Source: Eledone cirrhosa (Eukaryota). From it: 64,000 nt of DNA. Shown piece by piece: positions 59,211-64,000 of the stretch. Each line of letters begins with the position of its first letter. Position 1 is the stretch's first letter. The notes under the pieces were generated by a model. The model was given only the letters and a program-made list of their open reading frames with translations. It had not been told where the DNA came from and did not search any database. Position numbers and translations under genes: made by a program. The stretch spans positions 9,238,001-9,302,000 of the forward strand of contig OZ024755.1 in assembly GCA_964016885.1 (NCBI GenBank). The letters are read 5' to 3'.

Positions 59211-59919
59211 ACACAGCCATCAATTCTAAAACTACAACCACTAACTTCACTTCTAAAATATGTTCTCTCTCTCACTCACAGTTTCCTTCCTCACTCGATT
59301 TCTCTCTGTCTCTTTATTTCTTCCAGTGTCTTTATCTATCTCACTCGCTATCTTTGTAGTTATGTATCTATCTATCTATCTATTTATCTATTTATCTATC
59401 TATCTACCTATTTATCTATGGATCTATCTATTTCACCAGACAGACACAGATAGATAAATAGCTACATACATACATACATACATACATACATACATACATA
59501 CATACATACATACATACATACATACATACATACATACATAGATTGACAGATATTAATAAAACAGACGGGAAATATACAAGGTTTTTACGAAAGAAATAAG
59601 ATGAAAGATGGAGAATGTGTGTTGTTATACAAGTCAAAATGTCTGACTTGCAGAAAATGTGCTAAAGTGAACAATGTATTAAATATTAGATTAAGCTCCG
59701 TTTAATTTCACGCCAACTTCTATCAGACAGCAGCAGAAAGAATAAGCTAGCTTGATGAATTCATAACGTCAAACACTGAATAATTCGGATTTTTACCGAA
59801 ATACTTGCCAGGAAGGGTATATTTTAAAAAAAAAGCTTACTATCAAAAGTATAAATGTTTTGTGTTTGCTCTTCAAAGCATTGATAGCAGGTTCAAGTCC
59901 AAGATCCGACAGAGTTCAC

Positions 59920-60495
59920 TATTATAGTCGCACAATATTTGTTGCTGGTGATGTAATTCTGGTGTCAGCTGTCCAAAACCAGTGGACTGAAGTTGCATCT
60001 GCAAATGTCAAACATTTTTCTGAGTATTGTGGCAGTTCCAAGGAGAGTTGTTGACAATTCTGGTGCTCACGATGCTAGACGCCTCAGCTACAGCTGGAAC
60101 TATATCAATCCATTTCATTATTATTAGTATTATTGAAACATGGGTGAGAGAGGCGAGCGTGGTTTGGATGAATGGGCTTGCTCTGAGTATGCGCCAGTAA
60201 ATTGGACGAGGACAACTGAGAAAGCGCACTTGCCCTAGCGGTCAAGGTTACTGTGACTTTTTGTGAGATTTCTTCACGAGTAACCCTTGGAAGAATCCCC
60301 ACTTTTCGGGAATGTATCCTACACCTGTTCTGCTCGACAGATAGTATCTCATTCTGAAGCAAGCAATCATACATTATTGCAACAAAGATGTCCGTAAACA
60401 GCTTCCAAAGCAAATGCAAGCAAGCAATCGACCTGTAATTTCCAAATAACGAATCTTTCCTTTTATCCTTCATTATCAAAGTTGTCCTTCCTTCA
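59920..60495 (-). pseudogene. Old, internally deleted Dong/R4 LINE (RT N-terminal motifs plus extreme C-terminus)
   Basis: GRTTLIMKDKRKDSLFGNYRSIACLHLLWKLFT...LSVEQNRCR (RT NYRPI region) and downstream TTLLGTATILRKMFDI matching the 20130-20176 terminus. Confidence 0.75.
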
Positions 60496-60718
60496 AAAAT
60501 TGTTTGTTTCAGAATGATATGCTACCTGTCGTGCAGAACAAGTGTAGGACAAATTCCCAAAAAAGTGGGGATATCTCCAAGGATAACTCGTGGTGGTGGT
60601 GGTGATGGTGGTGGTGGCGGCGGCGGCAGTTTCGGTGTGTATATACCATTGCAGATGTTTTGTCTTCCGTTTTGTTGTCGTGTATTTGTATGTGTATTTA
60701 GATCTTTCCATATATATA

Positions 60719-60749
<31 letters not shown>

Positions 60750-60953
60750 GTGCGTGCAGAGACGTTAGAAAGTCGGATAGAAGGCTTTATGGTATTCGTT
60801 CCGGCACTCTGCGTTTTCTAAGTTCAAATATCACCTGGTCAAATTTGACTTTTATCGTTTCGAAGGCGATAAAAAATGTACCAGTCCAGTCCTGGAATCG
60901 ATTCTTTTTCTATATCTCTATCACATTTTTTCTCTCTGTCTCTCTCTCTCTCC

Positions 60954-61082
<129 letters not shown>

Positions 61083-61317
61083 ACACACACACACACACAA
61101 TCGTTCTATCACTTTCTTTCTCTCTCTTTCTTTCTCTCTCCCCCTTTTTCTCTTTCTCCTTTCCCTGGGAGACTTTGGCTGTGTTCCAGCCTAGAGAGGT
61201 GATAGGCTCCGCCAGGTTTAAAGTACTCAAGATATACTGAAGGACACGACGGCGCCTCTACGACTCCATCAGGGGCTACAGGTCCATACATTACATACAT
61301 ACATATATATGTGTGTG

Positions 61318-61366
<49 letters not shown>

Positions 61367-61754
61367 AATTATATATATATATTTATATAATTATTTATAT
61401 ATTTATTTATATGCTCCCATACGTATGTGTACATATGTATGTATGTATGTATGTATGAATGTATGTATGTATGTATGTATGTATGTATGTATGTATGTAT
61501 GTATGTATGTATGTATGTATGTATGTATACCTATGTAAATGGAATCTCAATGTGTGTGGCAGTAGATAATTCTGGGAATTAATCTCTGGAGATGAATGGA
61601 ATACTTTTATTAATAATAATGATGTTGGGGATAATATTATAGATGATGAGGATGTTGATGATGATGATGATGATGGTGATGGTGATGATGATGATGAGGA
61701 TGATGATGATCATGATGATGATGAGGAGGAGGAAGAGGAGGAGGAGGAGGAGGT

Positions 61755-62326
61755 GTATTACTGGTACTTTATTTTATCGACCTTGTAAGGATGAAAGACA
61801 AAATTAACCTCGGCGAGATTTGAACTCAAAACGCAAAGGGCAGTAACTTTATGCTAAGTGGCATATAGTCCGTCGCCCTACCGATCCTGCCAATCCACCA
61901 AATAATAATAATAGTGATGATGATGATAATAATTGTTTCTACTTTTGGCACAAGACCAGCAATTACCCAGTACATTACTGGTACTTTATATTATCGACCC
62001 CGTAAGGATGAAAAGCAAAGTTAACCTCGACGGAATTTGAACTGTGACAATAAAAGGAATGTAACTATGCTAGAAAGCATGGCGTCCGACCCTCTACCGA
62101 TACTGATGATGATAATAATAAAAGTTTCTTATTATTTGTCACGGTGGATTGGCAGTATTGGTAGAGGGTCGGACGCCATGCTTTACATCAAAGTGTTACG
62201 GCCTTTTATGGTCTGAGTTCAAATCCCGCCGAGGTTAACTTTGCCTTTCATCCTTACGGGGTCGATAAAATAAAGTTCCAGTAATACACTGGGATAATTG
62301 CTGGCCTTGTGCCAAAAGTAGAAACA
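61755..62326. mobile_element. SINE family A cluster: - 61755-61900, - 61931-62105, + 62143-62326 with 12-bp TSD
   Basis: ATTATTTGTCAC at 62131-62142 and 62327-62338 flanks the + copy. Confidence 0.9.
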
Positions 62327-62687
62327 ATTATTTGTCACAAGGGTGTTGGATGGAGGGAATATTACAAAGACAAGTTACATAAAGATGGGGAGGGGGTTCT
62401 TACGTAGAGAGATAAATTAATGATAGTAATGAAATGACAGAAATAATAGTAATAATAGTAATAATATTTAACAGCGGTTCAATGTCACAGATTTAGAATA
62501 GTTGGGGTGAGGTGAATTTATACAACTGACTCCAGCACATGACTGAGACTTATTTTAATAAACCGGAATTATAGACGACAGAAGGGGATCGATGGCGATC
62601 TAATCACACATATACACACATATGTGTGTGTGTGTATATATATATTATATGTATATATATATTATATATATATATATATATATATGT

Positions 62688-62736
<49 letters not shown>

Positions 62737-63134
62737 TATATAATACCACAAGGAATTTACTGCGATTCTGTATTATATACCCACTTTTAATAAAATACTT
62801 CCGTGGGCTCAGCAATTGATCTGGGTGGCAAAGATTGCAAAAAATATAACAAGAAGATTTTGTAACAAGAAAGAAAAATATGAAATGAAGCCAAGCAAAC
62901 ATATATACCAGTGAGAAAGTAAAGAAAGGCTAACAACAATCCTTGTGTGGTAAAAGCTGCAATCAAGAACGTCCGCGTCAACATTGACTGAAAGAAAGCA
63001 GCTGCCATGTTTAAGATACGGCATTTTGATAACCATTAATTTAGTTTTGATACGTTGAATATATTACGCATACACGCACACGAACATACACACACACACA
63101 TAGTATAATATATATATATGCATATATATATATA

Positions 63135-63235
<101 letters not shown>

Positions 63236-63283
63236 ATATATAATATATATATACATATATATACATATACATACCTTTATATA

Positions 63284-63362
<79 letters not shown>

Positions 63363-63383
63363 GCATGCATAGATAATAGATAG

Positions 63384-63414
<31 letters not shown>

Positions 63415-63605
63415 GATAATTATATGCGCATGCGTTGGTATGTGTATAGGTGATTTCTCCCTCTATCACTCTATTTTCCTCTCTCGCTGTGTATATATAT
63501 ATATATATATTAAAAATGATGATAATAGGAATATGAGTTTTATACATTCATGTAGTTATATATAGCTATGAATTTGCATATATATGTATATATATATATG
63601 TGTGT

Positions 63606-63654
<49 letters not shown>

Positions 63655-63732
63655 GTGTGCTTTATGTATATGTATATGCATACAAGTCTACATACATATA
63701 TATGTTTGCACGCTAATGTGCACATACGCACC

Positions 63733-63869
<137 letters not shown>

Positions 63870-64000
63870 CATACATGTATTTATATACTCGATAATGAGG
63901 GGGCATCCATCATATATATATATATTATATATATATATATTTATCATAAAACATGTCTATAGAATCACAAGATATATATATATATATATATATATATAAT

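Overview
AT-rich, microsatellite-saturated eukaryotic DNA, intronic or intergenic. The repeat content (tRNA-derived CORE-type and Meta-like SINEs, Dong/R4, RTE, CR1 and Tx1 LINE remnants, huge (TA)n arrays) points to an octopus or other coleoid cephalopod; this is inference. I recognise no host protein-coding exon, and nearly all listed ORFs are (TA)n/(CA)n/(GA)n artefacts. The only substantial real protein sequence is a 5'-truncated Dong/R4 LINE (zinc knuckle plus restriction-like endonuclease, 19193-20250). The main hidden signal is a set of Penelope-like (PLE) inserts sitting in (TA)n tracts. They carry minimal type I hammerhead ribozymes with self-complementary stem III: canonical cores at 47048 and 12752, compensated U3-A8 cores at 11399/45547/45653, U4C cores at 51018/52447/55322, and several decayed copies. 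Three inserts are head-to-head palindromes (arms about 770, 188 and 140 bp) with the ribozymes pointing outward and one arm carrying an extra 3' tail. Separately, the (TA)n tracts show fold-back copies of their own flanks and a 21-nt inverted templated insertion. A hAT-like element carries two convergent tRNA-like Pol III units. All structure calls were made by eye and need computational and biochemical confirmation.
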